Positions 23,143-36,783 of a stretch of DNA of 64,000 bases are shown here, in pieces. Origin of the DNA: Coniocarpon cinnabarinum (lineage: Eukaryota); the NCBI GenBank assembly GCA_051942205.1, contig JAVECO010000128.1, positions 1 through 64,000 on the forward strand, given 5' to 3'. Position 1 is the first letter of the stretch. Every line of letters begins with the position of its first letter. Both the position numbers and the translations under genes were made by a program. The notes beneath the pieces are model-generated. The model saw nothing but the letters and a program-made list of their open reading frames with translations. It did no database searches and was not told the origin of the DNA.

Positions 23143-25643
23143 ATGTCGTCCCGTGCTTCTGCGATAGGCTTGCGCAGTGTGTCGATCGCGTCCGGAAACC
23201 TCGAATCGCCCCGCACCCGCAAATAATCAGGACCATATTACACGTCTACAGGACTTGCGCGCAGACATCATCTATCAGGAGATATCAAAGTATGGGCTGA
23301 CAGAATTCGTTCAGACAACAACGTCACTGAAGATATCTAAATCTTCAAGGAAAAGAACAGCAACGAGGGCTTCGACCAGACCTGAGAAGTTCCAGCGAAT
23401 TGATCATGCTTCTCCTGATCAGCTACCCTGGAAAGAACTACCAATACCTACGACGCTCGACGACTACGAAGGCTTCTATGGCGTCGAGGAAGTTGATGAT
23501 GTGGAAGTCAAGCGCGACGATGTGACTGGACAAGTCACTTTTAATCAGCTGGCGAAGCCGATCGACGAGAATGAAGAATGGGAAGTACGTGGCAACATTC
23601 CAAGCGTGACTTCGGGAGACACCAAGTGTTGACTTTTTTGTGTCAGGGCTTTTCTGACGAGACGCAAATCATTGATGGACAACCCGGCGAACCAGATCGT
23701 ACTCAACCTGACGGATTCGAAGCGATTTCCACTGGGAATGTCACTGAGAATGTCATTGAGAATGAAGGAGGCCTGCTCACGAAAGTAGAGCGGTGGCAAC
23801 GATTCGACTTAGCTGGCGAGACTCTCAAGTCCTTAGCATCCCTCAACTTCACGGAACCAACTCCCATCCAAGCGTCAACAATACCTGCAGTTTTGCAAGG
23901 CCGTGATGTAATAGGGAAAGCGCCCACAGGCTCTGGCAAGACTCTAGCGTTCGGCATACCAATTTTCGAACGATGGTTATCACGGAAAAGAGTCAAAAGC
24001 GACTCCAGCAAAAGAATACAGCCCGTTGCTTTAATAATTGAACCTGCGCGTGAGCTTGCTCACCAAATCGAAGATCACTTGTCAAGACTGCGAGTTCCGC
24101 AAGACCATCGTCAGCTCTCAATAGCCACTTTGACTGGGGGCTTATCTTCACATAAGCAAAAGCGCCTTCTAGAGAGAGCCGACGTCATCATTGCAACACC
24201 TGGACGACTGTGGGACATTATGGGTGATGACAGCGCGACACTTGAGTCTCTCAAAAAAATCGAAATGCTGGTCGTTGATGAAGCAGATCGATTGCTCAGT
24301 CGAGGTCATTTTCAAGAGCTAGAGTTGGTCCTCAACGCACTTGATCGTCAAGACCAGACTAAAGATGCAGAAGTCGACGAAAGCACTAAAGATAGCAGAC
24401 CCGCACGTCAAACGCTTGTCTTTTCTGCAACTTTCGCAAAAGAGCTGCAAGGCAGGCTCACTAGCTTGTCGAAGCAGAACTTCTCCAAGGAAGCAAACTC
24501 CATGGGCTATCTCCTACAGAAGCTGAATTTTCGGCAGCAGCCTATGTATATCGACGTCAACCCCACGGCGCAAATGGCAACAAATCTAACAGAGGCCCTG
24601 CTCGAGGTGTCAGACACAAATAAGGATCTGTACCTATATTGCTTATTACTATTGTTCCAGCCCCACGCGGCGTTACGTGCGCTGGTCTTTGTCAACTCTA
24701 TCGCAGCAGTCCGGCGCATTGTGCCATTCTTGCAACTCCTTGGGTTCAACACGTTAGCGCTGCATAGCAACATGGAGCAAAAGGCTCGGTTGCGCTCAAT
24801 TGAACGCTTCTCTGACCAGGCGCGTCCTAATAGCAACCCAAAGCAAAAGAATAACAGCACGCCGTACCGATCAATTGGTTCATGTGTCTTAGTATCCACC
24901 GACGTTGCAGCACGGTATGTTCTTCACACGACGACTTCAGCAGCTTTTTCTCGTGATCTCCATGTTCCGATGTGGCAATGTCCCTATCAAGCTGACAATT
25001 TTTTAGCGGGCTCGACATTCCGAACGTGGATGTCGTGATCCACTACCACCTTCCACGCGCTGCCGACATGTACATACATCGGTCTGGACGGACCGCTCGT
25101 GCCTCGGCTCACGGCGCGAGTATCTTGATGGCTGGCGCAAATGAAGCCGCCGGGGTGAAACGACTAATTTCTCAAGTCCATGCAGAGAAGCCAAATCGGA
25201 CAAAGCGCGAACTTCGGATTGTGACAATTGAAGACCGGGTTCTGAGCCAACTCCGGTCAAGAGCAGAGCTCGCTAAGAAGATTGCCGATGTAGAGCAGGC
25301 CAAGGAAAAAGCGAACAGTGGAGACAGACTTTTCCAAGAAGCGGCTGATGACCTCGGCTTAGATCTTGAGGAGCTGGACGAGCTTGATGACAGGAGAGGC
25401 AAAGGAGCGAGGGGCAAGAAGAGGAAACAGATGCAGTCAGAGGCGTTGTCGGTGTCGAAAGGGGAGGTGCAACAGGCAAAAGCAGAGCTCAAGAGGCAGC
25501 TGGCTCAGCGGATCAAGACAGGCGGTGTTAGCGAACGTTACTTGGCAAATGGCACCGTTGACATTGGTGCACTAATAGACGAAGAGAAGAGCGAAAATGC
25601 GGGATTGTTCCTTGGTGTCATCGACGGCCTAAAACTATTGTGA
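23143..25643 (+). CDS. MAK5: DEAD-box RNA helicase MAK5/DDX24 (start codon uncertain)
   Basis: [10 protein letters not shown]-terminal motif, [51 protein letters not shown]. Introns near 23585-23647 and 24914-25006. Confidence 0.92.
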
Positions 25644-26213
25644 GGTTGGAACACAGCTAACTCATTAAGATTGCACTCAATCTTGGAGAAATATGTGTGG
25701 CCTTTGAAGATTAGAGATCAAATGTCAAAATCCCTGATATAGTTCCCAAGAAATCGTGTATTGTTGATCCTGAGCTTGAGGTCACGATGTCTCACAGCAT
25801 CCAGCAGCTTATTTGGTACCTTTCACGTTTCCCCAAGCATAGAGACCTCGCCATTGAGTCATTAAATGTGGTTTCTTCGATATTACGGGCTTGATGAAAC
25901 ATAGCGAAAGCAATGGCAAAGCTTATCCCACTCACAAGCAGCGATCGATCCAGGCTGGCAAATATATTTTATGCTGGTTACGTAAGGTTGCCAAGAACCG
26001 CGGTGCCTGTTGAGCAGCAGGCATTGAGATACTGGATACCTCACAAGCTGACCAAGCACCTTCACGCTTGTCCTCTGCCTTCGCTGCATTGCCCTAATAC
26101 AAATCAGTTAGAGACTTGCGCATTGTTTGCAATCTATTTCTCACATCTTATTAGAACCATCTGCAACTTCTCCCAGCGCTTCCCACACACTCTTAACTCC
26201 GAAGTCGACCACG

Positions 26214-26783
26214 ATGTCCGAGGAGTTCACCTATGCGGATGTGGCCCAGCACAAGACCAAGAAGGATCTACATGTAGTTATTTGGGACAAGGTGTACAAT
26301 GCTTCAAGTTTCATTGATGAACACCCGTACGTGGCGCCTCCACTCACTTTAAGCTAGCTCAACCTGTCTCTCAGGAAGCCTGCGCACTGACTCTTTTTTC
26401 TCCGCAGCGGAGGTGAAGAGGTGCTGCTTGATGTGGGCGGACAAGACGCCACAGAAGCTTTTGACGACGTGGGACACAGCGACGAGGCGAGAGAGATCCT
26501 GAGTGGCCTATTAATTGGCGATCTGAAGAGAATGGTACGCTGTCCCGCCACTTGATTCTCACATTCCATTGCTCTTTCAGGACTTGCTTGTCGAGGACGA
26601 TGCTGACAGAAACCGCTGCAGCCTGGAGATCCTGAGCCCAGAAAGCCCGCAGCCGCCCCCTCATCCTCTTCGAGCTCTGCCAGCAGTGGCGGTTTTGGCG
26701 TTGGCCTGTACGCGCTGCTTGTCGTCGGTGCGGCAGTTGCATACGGCGCATACTCCTATATGAATGCGAATCAAGAGAAATGA
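26214..26783 (+). CDS. CYB5: Tail-anchored cytochrome b5 (3 exons)
   Basis: Spliced [19 protein letters not shown]...[34 protein letters not shown] plus a C-terminal hydrophobic anchor. Confidence 0.96.
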
Positions 26784-28334
26784 AGAACATGATCTAAAGT
26801 GCACTATACCTGAGCTGTGTTAGGAAGGACATGTGGATGGCTGGTGAAAGCAGATAAGGATCAATCGACGCCGAGCCATGATACCATTCGTACAGCAGAA
26901 GCTCCTCCTACTGCTTCTCTTGAGCTTGGTTGAGAGTACCTCGCTATTCCGCTTGTGCGGCTTTTCTTGATGCAGGGCAAGAGGAGCTGCTTGTGGGGTC
27001 TACTTCACTGTTTACATATTGGAGTACCTCAGCCTGAGACAAATATAACAATGGTTGAGAGTCGAATGTTCATGAGATAGACATAAGCAGTCCGACACCA
27101 TTGTAATGACTGCGGCACATGAAGCTGTTGATCATTGATAGTGAATACTCCGTATCTTGCAATATAATCGGCATTGAAGAGAGACGATGTCACGTGATTG
27201 AAGATAGAATGCCATACCTACGAGTCATGATCTGCGCTATGACAAAATGAAGAAGGCCATGCGCCACAGCGAGCACAGACGACAATCTGTTCGATGACGC
27301 AACCTATGACTCGTCCGATCGCAAGGACAGGTAGCCGAAGATGAAGCTGTGAAGAGCGTCAAGGGCGCCCAGGACGTGAGTCTCGCTCAGGGAGACCCAG
27401 ACCGAGTAGCCTGCACGGATCCGCGCTCCTTAGAGGCTGCGACACGTGCACTCGGAGCCAGTGTGTGTAGTCGTAAGTGGGCAGAGGGAGGACGAGTCGA
27501 ACGATCTCGATACGGCGCATGAGGTCAAGACCAAGATTTGGGCGGGCCTTGTCAATTCTCAAGGCCCCCGAGACCCCCCCGACCCCCTAAAATCGTGGGC
27601 GGTCACCACGCTGTTGCCCACCCTGTGCCGTGCCTTTATTTCTCCAGGTTTCATCTTCCTCCGCTCCCAACTTCCCATCACTTGCATCCTGGTCCTTTGA
27701 CGTGTGGCTTGACCTTTCCACTTCCACTTCCACGCACGACACTGCATTCTCCCAATTAGTGCACAAGCAGGAGCTGCACGACGGCGCCTCTCGCTCCGCC
27801 TCGCTTGTGACCGCGCCCACATCTCGCAAACAGAGTCGTCGCCTCGACGCCCACGCACGGTCAGCTGTTGGGGCTCTCCGGCAGACGACCCTCCTTCCCG
27901 CGCCGCCTAACCATAGCGAACTAGCTTTGTCCGGATCCACACGTTTACTTTTCGATCTATTTGCCACCTGATCCCTCTCTATACCCACGCGTCCTGCTCG
28001 AGAGGCTTCGCGGAGGCCTCGGCACTTGCACAAAGGCGACAGCCACTGCACCACGTCTCTACCACTCAGTAGCTCCGTGGATGACACCATTCGCAGACCG
28101 ATTTCACCTCTTCCTCTCCACCTTGTGTGCGCAAAAACCTAACAACATGGGCCTAAAGACATTGAGACTGCCCAGATAGTACTCGATCGTCTCTCCGCTG
28201 GATCTTAGGCGTCCTCAACCACTGCAAGGATAGTAGTAAGAGCTGGTGTCAGTCTCAGCTAGGGCAGTCTGGTAGTATCGGAAAGTTCACGAGGCGCCCA
28301 TGACTGCTGCAGCGAGAGGGCTACACACACCACG

Positions 28335-31300
28335 ATGACGCCGCCACATTCGTCCGACCGCAACCGGCGGAGCGCGTCTGTGTCGACGCCAACAAGAGTT
28401 GCCGAAGAGGCAAGAGCTGAGCCAGTGCCTTCCATCTTTTCTGGACAGCGATCGTATTCCTCTTCGTCGCCCAACCCCGCGGCAGCTGCACGACGACAAC
28501 GAGCCACGTCTGTCAGCAATGACACCGGCGCGCCTAATTTGGGCCCCATTAGTCCAGACGCTGTCGACCGAGTCTTCCCAATGCGAAGCTTCGTCAGTGT
28601 CGATCCCACTCCTACGCCCTCTCAAGCAAGGGACAGACGAGATGGGTATTTCTCAAGCGTCATGCGAGATGCGATGGGACGGACCGCGTCACACATGAGT
28701 CGCGGGAATTCATCGACAGGAGCACCAGCACCAATTATGGAGGAGCCCGGTGCATCGTTCAGGCCTGGCCTTACACAGCGTCAGAGCTATGGCCTCGGGA
28801 ACGGTCCACGGAAAGGCTCGGCGGACGGGTCAGACAGGTTCAACTTGAGAGGTGGCGAAGGCCCCTATGCAATCATGAGCGATGCAGCTTCAGTCGGATC
28901 TGAGAGTCTAACAGGTCGTCCACCGACACCAAGCAGAGCTGGGTCAGTGGCCAGCGCCCGCACTGGTAAAGATGTAGACGACACTGGCGGGCTTGTTACC
29001 GCGCGTTTCAAGCACGTGGTAACTGAAGGTGGCCACGCAGTCATAACTGGGCGAGATGGGGAAACGCTTCAAAGATGTGAGGACGAGCCGATTCACATCC
29101 CTGGGGCCGTACAATCTTTTGGGCTGCTCGTCGCTTTGCAAGAAGAGGAAGAGGGTCGCTTGACGGTGCGTGTCGTCAGCGAGAATTCGAAAAGGATCCT
29201 GGGTTACACGCCCCGCCAGCTGTTTGCGCTCTCAAGTTTTACTGATATTTTAGCTGACGACCAGGCGGACAATCTTCTGGATCACGTCGACTTCATCCGT
29301 GATGAGGGTACCGACGTCGAAACAAATGGGCCTGAGGTTTTCACCTTGTAAGTCCATCTACGCGTGAATGGCAAAAGTGTGGCATACTTACTCAAATGTA
29401 CAGATCTGTCAGGGGACCAACGAGAAGATCAAAAAAGCTATGGTGTGCCATTCACATCAACGATGCGCATCCGGATCTTATCATCTGTGAATTTGAGCTG
29501 GAGGATGACCCTGAGTTTCCACTGACTGCACCGAACGACCAAACACCCGAGCCTCCTGAAGACACATTGGCTAGTGAACCTACCGAAGAAGAATACAAAG
29601 AGAGCACCGAAACATCAAGCCGCCCATTACGAGTTCTACGCAGTGCGAGAAAACGAAAGGGCGAAGCCGCTGCTATGGAGGTGTTTAACATCATGTCACA
29701 GGTTCAGGAGCAACTAGCCGAGGCACCAACATTGGATGCTTTTTTAAAAATCCTCGTTGGCATCGTGAAAGAGCTGACTGGTTTCCATCGCGTGATGGTG
29801 TACCAATTCGATCAGCAATGGAACGGTAAGGTGGTTACTGAATTAGTAGATCCTCGGGCGACCAAAGATTTGTACAAAGGCCTGCATTTCCCAGCATCCG
29901 ACATACCCAAACAAGCTCGAGACCTTTATCGGATTAATCGCGTAAGATTACTCTACGACAGAGATCATGAGACGTCTCGATTGGTATGCCGAAGCGTTGA
30001 GGATCTCGAGACACCTGTGGATTTGACGCACTCCTACTTGCGAGCCATGTCTCCCATACACATCAAATACCTCGCCAACATGGCGGTGAGATCGTCTATG
30101 TCGATCTCGATCAACGCTTTCAACGAGCTTTGGGGACTGATATCTTGTCACACCTACGGTGCCCACGGTACACGAGTGTCGTTCCCGATCCGCAAGATGT
30201 GTCGCCTCGTGGGGGACTTTGCATCTCGGAATATAGAGCGCCTCTCATATGCCTCGCGATTGCAAGCACGAAAGCTTATTAACACTAAGCCCACGAGGAA
30301 GAACCCCTCTGGATATATCATTGCCTCATCGGATGATCTTTTAAACCTCTTCGACTCGGATTTTGGACTATTGTCTATTCATGGAGAAACCAAAATCCTC
30401 GGTAAGCTGGAAGCTACTCAAGAAGCTCTTGCAATGGTGGAGTACCTGCGCGTGCGAAGTTTTACCTCTGTCCTTACCTCAACCGACATTCGCGAAGATT
30501 TTCCTGACCTTCGATATCCACCGGGTTTCCAGACGCTTGCTGGACTTTTGCTTGTGCCATTATCCACTTCGGGTGCGGATTTCATTGTTTTCTTCCGAAA
30601 AGGTGTCCTGAAAGAAGTCAGATGGGCAGGAAATCCGTATGAGAAATACATCAAGGAGGGCACTGAAGGTTATCTAGAGCCGCGCAAAAGCTTTAAGACC
30701 TGGAGCGAGCGTGTCGTTGGGAAGTGTCGCGAGTGGACTGAAGAAGAAGTAGAGACCGCTGCAGTTCTCTGTCTCGTCTATGGCAAATTCATCGAAGTCT
30801 GGAGACAGAAAGAAGCCGCGCTTGAAAATAGCCATCTCACGAAGCTGCTCCTCGCCAACTCGGCGCACGAAGTTCGAACGCCGCTGAACGCTATCATCAA
30901 CTACCTGGAGATCGCGATGGAAGGTAGCCTTGACCAGGAAACTCGTGAGAACTTGTCGAAATCGCACTCAGCATCGAAGTCTTTGATTTATGTAATCAAC
31001 GATCTTCTGGACCTGACCAAAACTGAAGCTGGCGTGGAGACGATTCGTGAGGACGCTATCGATCTTCCGGCGACATTCCACGAGGCTGTAGATCCATTCC
31101 GTGGTGAAGCGACTCGAAGAGGAATCGAGTATACCATCACCGCACATCAACACGTACCCGAGAGGGTGCTTGCGGATCAGCGCAGGATACGACAAGCCAT
31201 TTCGAACATTGTGGCAAATGCATTTGAAGCCACTACTCGAGGAAGCATATGGATCGAAATGAAGGTCGTTGGTCGTGAAGGCTCCCGCGTTGAGGTCGAA

Positions 31301-32958
31301 ATCGTGGTCGAAGACACTGGCTCTGGAATGAACAATGAAATGATGGACAAGCTTTTCGCTCAACTTGAGCAGGTTCAGGCTGAATCCACGGGTATCATTG
31401 AAGAGACACTGGCCCCGAACAACACCAAAACGATTGAGAAAGACGGCAAGCAAGCTCTCGGATTAGGTCTAGCTGTCGTTGCTCGGGTAGTGAAGAACAT
31501 GAACGGCCAGCTACGTTTGAAATCTGAAGAAGGGAAAGGATCAAGATTCGTCATGACATTTCCTTTCGAGATCCCTGCTGCTCCAGAGGAGGAGAGGATG
31601 TTAGAAGGCGAGTCTGAGCCAAAGTCGCCAGTCTACAAGTCTCCCCCAGACACATTGAAGACATTGCAGGAAAAGACACTCATCGCTTCAGGTCAAAATC
31701 AGAAAGGCCACGGCGATCCAGACACGGGAAACACGTTAGCGCGGCGAGCCAGTGCGGACAGCTTGCGCAGCGCTAAAAGTCAAAACAGCATGCACAGTGC
31801 CAGGAGCGGACGAAGCATGTCGAGTCAGCTCAGTGGTAAAAGCGATGTTGACCGGTTGATTGAAGCAATGCAAGAGCCTCACATGGTAGAGGGGCCCTCC
31901 GCCGAGAGGCCCTCAACAGGTACGCGAAGGAGGCGGGAAGTCTCTGGACATGTTTCCTGGGACACGCCTCCTGGCTCAGCTGACCCCCGGCGCTCGACCA
32001 GTTTTGATACTTCGCCTGTTGAGCCTTCTAGTGCGAAGCAGCTGGATCGCCACTCTTACCCGTCGACACCGGGGATGGAATACGTGGCTGGCTCAAGTCA
32101 GCCCATTCGTCCAGTTCGAGTACCGGACGAAACCGAGAGCCCTGCGTCAGAAAGACACAATGCTACGGGGCAAATACTGGGAGATGAAACGACGAAACGA
32201 GTAGCTTCACCAGAGCCTGTCCAGCCGCGGCAATTTGATGCCACTCACTTGCAGGTTCTCGTTGCTGAGGATGATCCTATCAACAGCAAGATTGTACAGA
32301 AACGAATGGAGAAGGCGGGACACGAGATTCACTTGGCGGTGAACGGCGATGAGTGTGCTTCGGCTTATGGCAACCATCCAGGCAAGTTTGATGTTGTTCT
32401 GATGGACATGCAGGTACGTCTTGAGTGCTCGAAAATAGGCGAGGTATCTTGAGGGAGTGCTGACTTGAACAGATGCCAATTGTCGATGGCTTGACCTCTA
32501 CCAAGATGATACGTTCATTTGAAAAGTCTCATCCGACCAACATACTATCCGAGCGGGCATCATTGAACGGCAGAGTGCCCGTCATTGCCGTGTCGGCAAC
32601 GCTTGCTGAGAACGAACGCGACCAGTACGTAGAAGCCGGCTTCGACGCGTGGATTTTGAAACCGATCAACTTCACCCGATTACAAGAACTAATGAGAGGC
32701 ATTGTTGATGGGGAGACACGGAGCGGGTGTCTATACAAACCAGGAAAGTGGGAGCAAGGCGGTTGGTTCAGACAGGCACAACCTGACGTGTTCGCGGCGT
32801 CGACCCAGCCTGAGGCCAAGCAGCCATTCGCCAGCACCGAGAAACAGAACGAGGCCCGGTCGTTGGAGCAGGAACGCGATCAGGCAGTACAGCCTGAAGC
32901 CGAGAGAAGAGCCAACGAAGAAGCCAAAAAAGAAAACGCAGGGCCATCACTCACGTGA
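28335..32958 (+). CDS. fphA: Fungal phytochrome (NTE-PAS-GAF-PHY-HisKA-HATPase-receiver), 3 exons
   Basis: Bilin-attachment CEDEPIHIPG, PASDIP, AMSPIH, PRKSF tongue, H-box AHEVRTPL, GLGL G-box, receiver DVVLMDMQMPIVDG. Introns near 29348-29403 and 32414-32472. Confidence 0.96.
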
Positions 32959-33941
32959 TTATCCGACTAACGAGCATGTTTTACGGCGTTTTGCATTCAT
33001 GGTGTTGACAGAGTATATTGCATGCCGGGACGAGTTCAGCAACGGCGTCTTGAGAGGAGGGCCCGACCGGCCGATGACACGAGTCGAGAGCCCAGTGTTT
33101 GACAATGAGTGTCATGTATGTGCGGGCGCTTTGCCGCCGAAGAGTAGAGCATGGAGCATGGGCGCGCCGGAGGTCTCTTGTGCTGTGATTTGGATGGGCG
33201 TGGCGGACAGCCAGGGCGACGGAAGCCAGGGACGGCTACGACGTGACACGAGCACAGAGACAGCAACGCCACGCAGACAGGGACGAGGGAGGGCCATCTG
33301 GGAAACCTGGACGGCTGTGCAAGGGACGAGATGAAAAGCAGAAATGACCTGCAGCATTGCGGGAGTCTAAAGCGTTGTACATATCCGCCGTGTAAGGGTA
33401 GATGCATGTCCATCGAATTCCACTGGGGCTTGTGAAATGCATTTTGCATGAAATGCCCTGGGTAGCACAGCTGCAGAGCCTGTGTGGCACACAGTCATAA
33501 ATGAACAACGTCAACCGTCACGACGTCGGGCTGAAGAAGTGTGGGACTGCCCGTCTGGTCCCGGTGGGATCACGTGGCTTCGCGAGCTAACCCCCTCTGG
33601 CAGGCAACTGCGGATGGCGGCATCGCGGAAGTGGGATGCGCTCCCATGTTTTTCCCGAGCGGGCGGTCCGTGCAGAGGAGCGGAAGTGAGCCAGTGAGCG
33701 GGTGAGGTCTGGCTCGTTCGGTGCCAACTTTCGCGTTGCCCGATTCGGGGCGTGGGTATGGGCCATCCCATCTGCTGACACAGCGACCTCGACTACTTGA
33801 CCTGCTGCTTTTTACCGCTACTGCTGCTCCACGCCCTCCACCCCAACAGCGTTCCGGCGTCTGTCGTGTCGCTGCGCTTGCCGCTTCTGTCGACACTCGA
33901 TTCCGTGCTGCGGCGCACATGGCGTCTGCGGTACCACGCCC

Positions 33942-36783
33942 ATGAACGACTCCTGGCCGTCGGCGCCGGGTCGGGACAGAAGGCCGGAGCAGGCGCCACG
34001 CACATCGCAGACTGGAGCCCCACCACCACCTCTCCTCCCACCACTGCTGGCCGAGCGTCGGCTTCAGCCCGACTACAGGCCAACTCACGCTGCAAGGTAC
34101 GCGACTTTCACTTCCTCCTGCTGCAGGCCCATCCTCGTCGAATCAGCTGCCCATCTCGCCGCCGCCTCGCCTTTCCTTCTGTCACGCCCTCTCTCTCTCC
34201 CTCTCTCTCTCTCTGTCTCGCTCGCGCGGTCGGCGCCCTTCACCGTCACCTCCACGCCTTGCCTCGATCACGCCGCCCCTCCGCCCCCTGCCCTCCATCC
34301 AGCATCACGCTCTCTCACACATCTCCTCTTCCAGTGCCACTCCACGCGTTCCCTACTCCTCCTCGCACCACGCTGCATCGCTCCACAACATCCACACGCA
34401 GCCCGCCGATCTGTACTCCCCTTCCGCCGGTGTCAGCCAGTTCGAAGGCATTCAAGACAAGCTCTCCCGACCCACCGTCGGACAGCACGCCTTTTCGACC
34501 GACTCTTCCGCCGCCACGACGGCTTCCACCAACTCTTTTAGCGATAGGCGCAGATTGCGCAAGTCGACCAGCGCGTTGCTGGGACCCGCAAGCATGGATG
34601 GCTCGAGCTCGCGCCGCTACGAGCAGCCCCTCAAGAGCCCCGGCAACAGACTGTCAGACGACAGTGGGGCGTCGCAGAAATCTGGTCGCAAGAAGAGCGG
34701 TCTGTCGCAGCGCATGAAGGACATGTTGAGCTCGCCCCGCAAGCCGCAGATCTCGCTCCCGGAGAATCCTGTACACTTGACGCATGTGGGGTACGACAAT
34801 TCCACTGGCGAATTTACGGTATGTCTGAAGGGGTCTTCCATGTCATGGAGCGCCATCCAGCTTTGACACATTCTCTCTCGACGATCGCTTGATCTAACAT
34901 TGCTTATCTAGGGGCTACCTCCCGAGTGGCAGTCGATTCTAGAGAGGAACGGCATCTCCTCCGCCGAGCAGAAGAGCAATCCGCGGGCGGTTTACGAGGT
35001 GGTCCATTTCTGGCAGGAAGCCAACGAAGGCAAGACTGCCAATCCGTACGCGAAGCTCGAGCATGCTCAAATTGGTCCCGACGCGCACTTCGGCCGGGAA
35101 CGTCACTCTTCCGGAGCATCACAGCATGGCGTCACCAGCCCGTACATGGGCAGCAGCAGCGTCAGTCCCCCGGGCAGTCCTCGTTTTCCCACAAACCATG
35201 AAACGAGCTTCGAGCATCCTCGTGCTGCTCCAGCACCACCTGGCGGACGCACCTCAGGTCCGTCCACGGGCTTTCAAGCAGGTCCATACAACATTCCGCA
35301 ACCTCCAAATGCCAACTTGGTTCCGCATCGGCCGGCGCCCAAGCCTCCATCAGCACTCAACACTGGACCGTCTCATTACAACTATCAACGTTCTGCACCC
35401 ACGACACCAGCCGCTCGTGATCATTTTCCACCGTCAAAGAGCCCCGTCGTTGACAAGAAGGGCCCCTACCAGTATCCGGCCATTCCAGAATCACAATCTG
35501 TTTCGAACTCTGCTTACCGCAATCGTGCGAATACATCTCCTGCTTCTCCAGTGGAGCACATGGCGCATGCGACGCCCAACGGCGGGGGCTCTGTATACCC
35601 ATACCGGGACGAGCCATCTGCTTTGAAGCCTTCTTATCCCGCGCCATCTCATTTACAGCAACCTGTCTCCAGGAGCCAATCTCAGAAATCGCAATACCCG
35701 CAGCCAAGCATTCAGACAAAACCGACCAAAGAGACGTCCATCCCCGCTCCGAGCATGGAAGCGAGAGATAACAGCGCCGCGCCTCCTGCACGACCTCGTG
35801 AGCGGAAGCGCGAGATGAGCGCCAGCGAAGTGGTCGAGAAGCTGCGCACGGTGTGCACGCCTGGCGATCCTACACAGCGCTACTTTGACCTCCAGATGAT
35901 CGGCAAAGGAGCGTCAGGAGGTGTGTACTCCGCCTACGAGGGTGGCACCAACCAAATGGTGGCCATTAAGCAGATGAATCTGCGCCAACAGCCCAAGAAG
36001 GAGCTGATCTACAATGAGATCATTGTGATGAAGGCCAGCAGACATCGCAACATTGTCAACTTTCAGGACTCGTACCTCGTCAACCTCGACTTGTGGGTGA
36101 TTATGGAATATATGGAGGGCGGATCCCTCACGGACGTTGTCACGTTCAACATGATGTCCGAGAATCAAATCGCGGCGGTCTGTCAAGAAACGCTCCGTGG
36201 ACTTCAACACCTGCATTCGCGACAGGTCATCCATCGTGACATCAAGTCGGACAACATTTTGCTCTCCATGGACGGCAACATCAAGCTCACCGATTTCGGT
36301 TTCTGCGCTGAGCTCAATGACTCCTCCAACAAGCGCACAACGATGGTGGGGACCCCGTACTGGATGGCACCCGAAGTTGTTAACCGCAAGGAATACGGTC
36401 GCAAAGTCGACATCTGGTCGCTGGGTATCATGGCCATTGAGATGGTGGAGGGCGAGCCACCGTACCTGACTGAGAGCCCACTCCGAGCACTGTACCTGAT
36501 TGCAACTATGGGCACGCCACAAGTCAAGAGCGCAGATCAATTGACTCCGACGTTCAAGGACTTTTTGGAGCTCAGTTTGAAGGTGGATCCAGAGAAGAGA
36601 GCGAGCGCTCATGATCTGCTGAAGGTAAGTCATGGCATGATTTAGCCTGATCCAATGGAAGCAGAAGCTAATGTGGTGATCTAGCATCCCTTCATTCAGA
36701 CAGCAGCCCCGCTTCACCACCTTTCCGAGCTCGTCAAATCCGCGCGTGAAGCCAAAGCTCGAGAGAAGCGTGAGCGGGGGTGA
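33942..36783 (+). CDS. STE20: PAK-family kinase with CRIB domain (5' structure ambiguous; first in-frame ATG at 34594)
   Basis: [20 protein letters not shown]; kinase [40 protein letters not shown]-beta-binding-like tail LSELVKSAR. Introns 34819-34911 and 36625-36684. Confidence 0.95.
34188..34222 (+). repeat. Interrupted (CT)n microsatellite in the STE20 5' region
   Basis: CCTCTCTCTCTCCCTCTCTCTCTCTCTGTCTCGCT. Confidence 0.85.
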
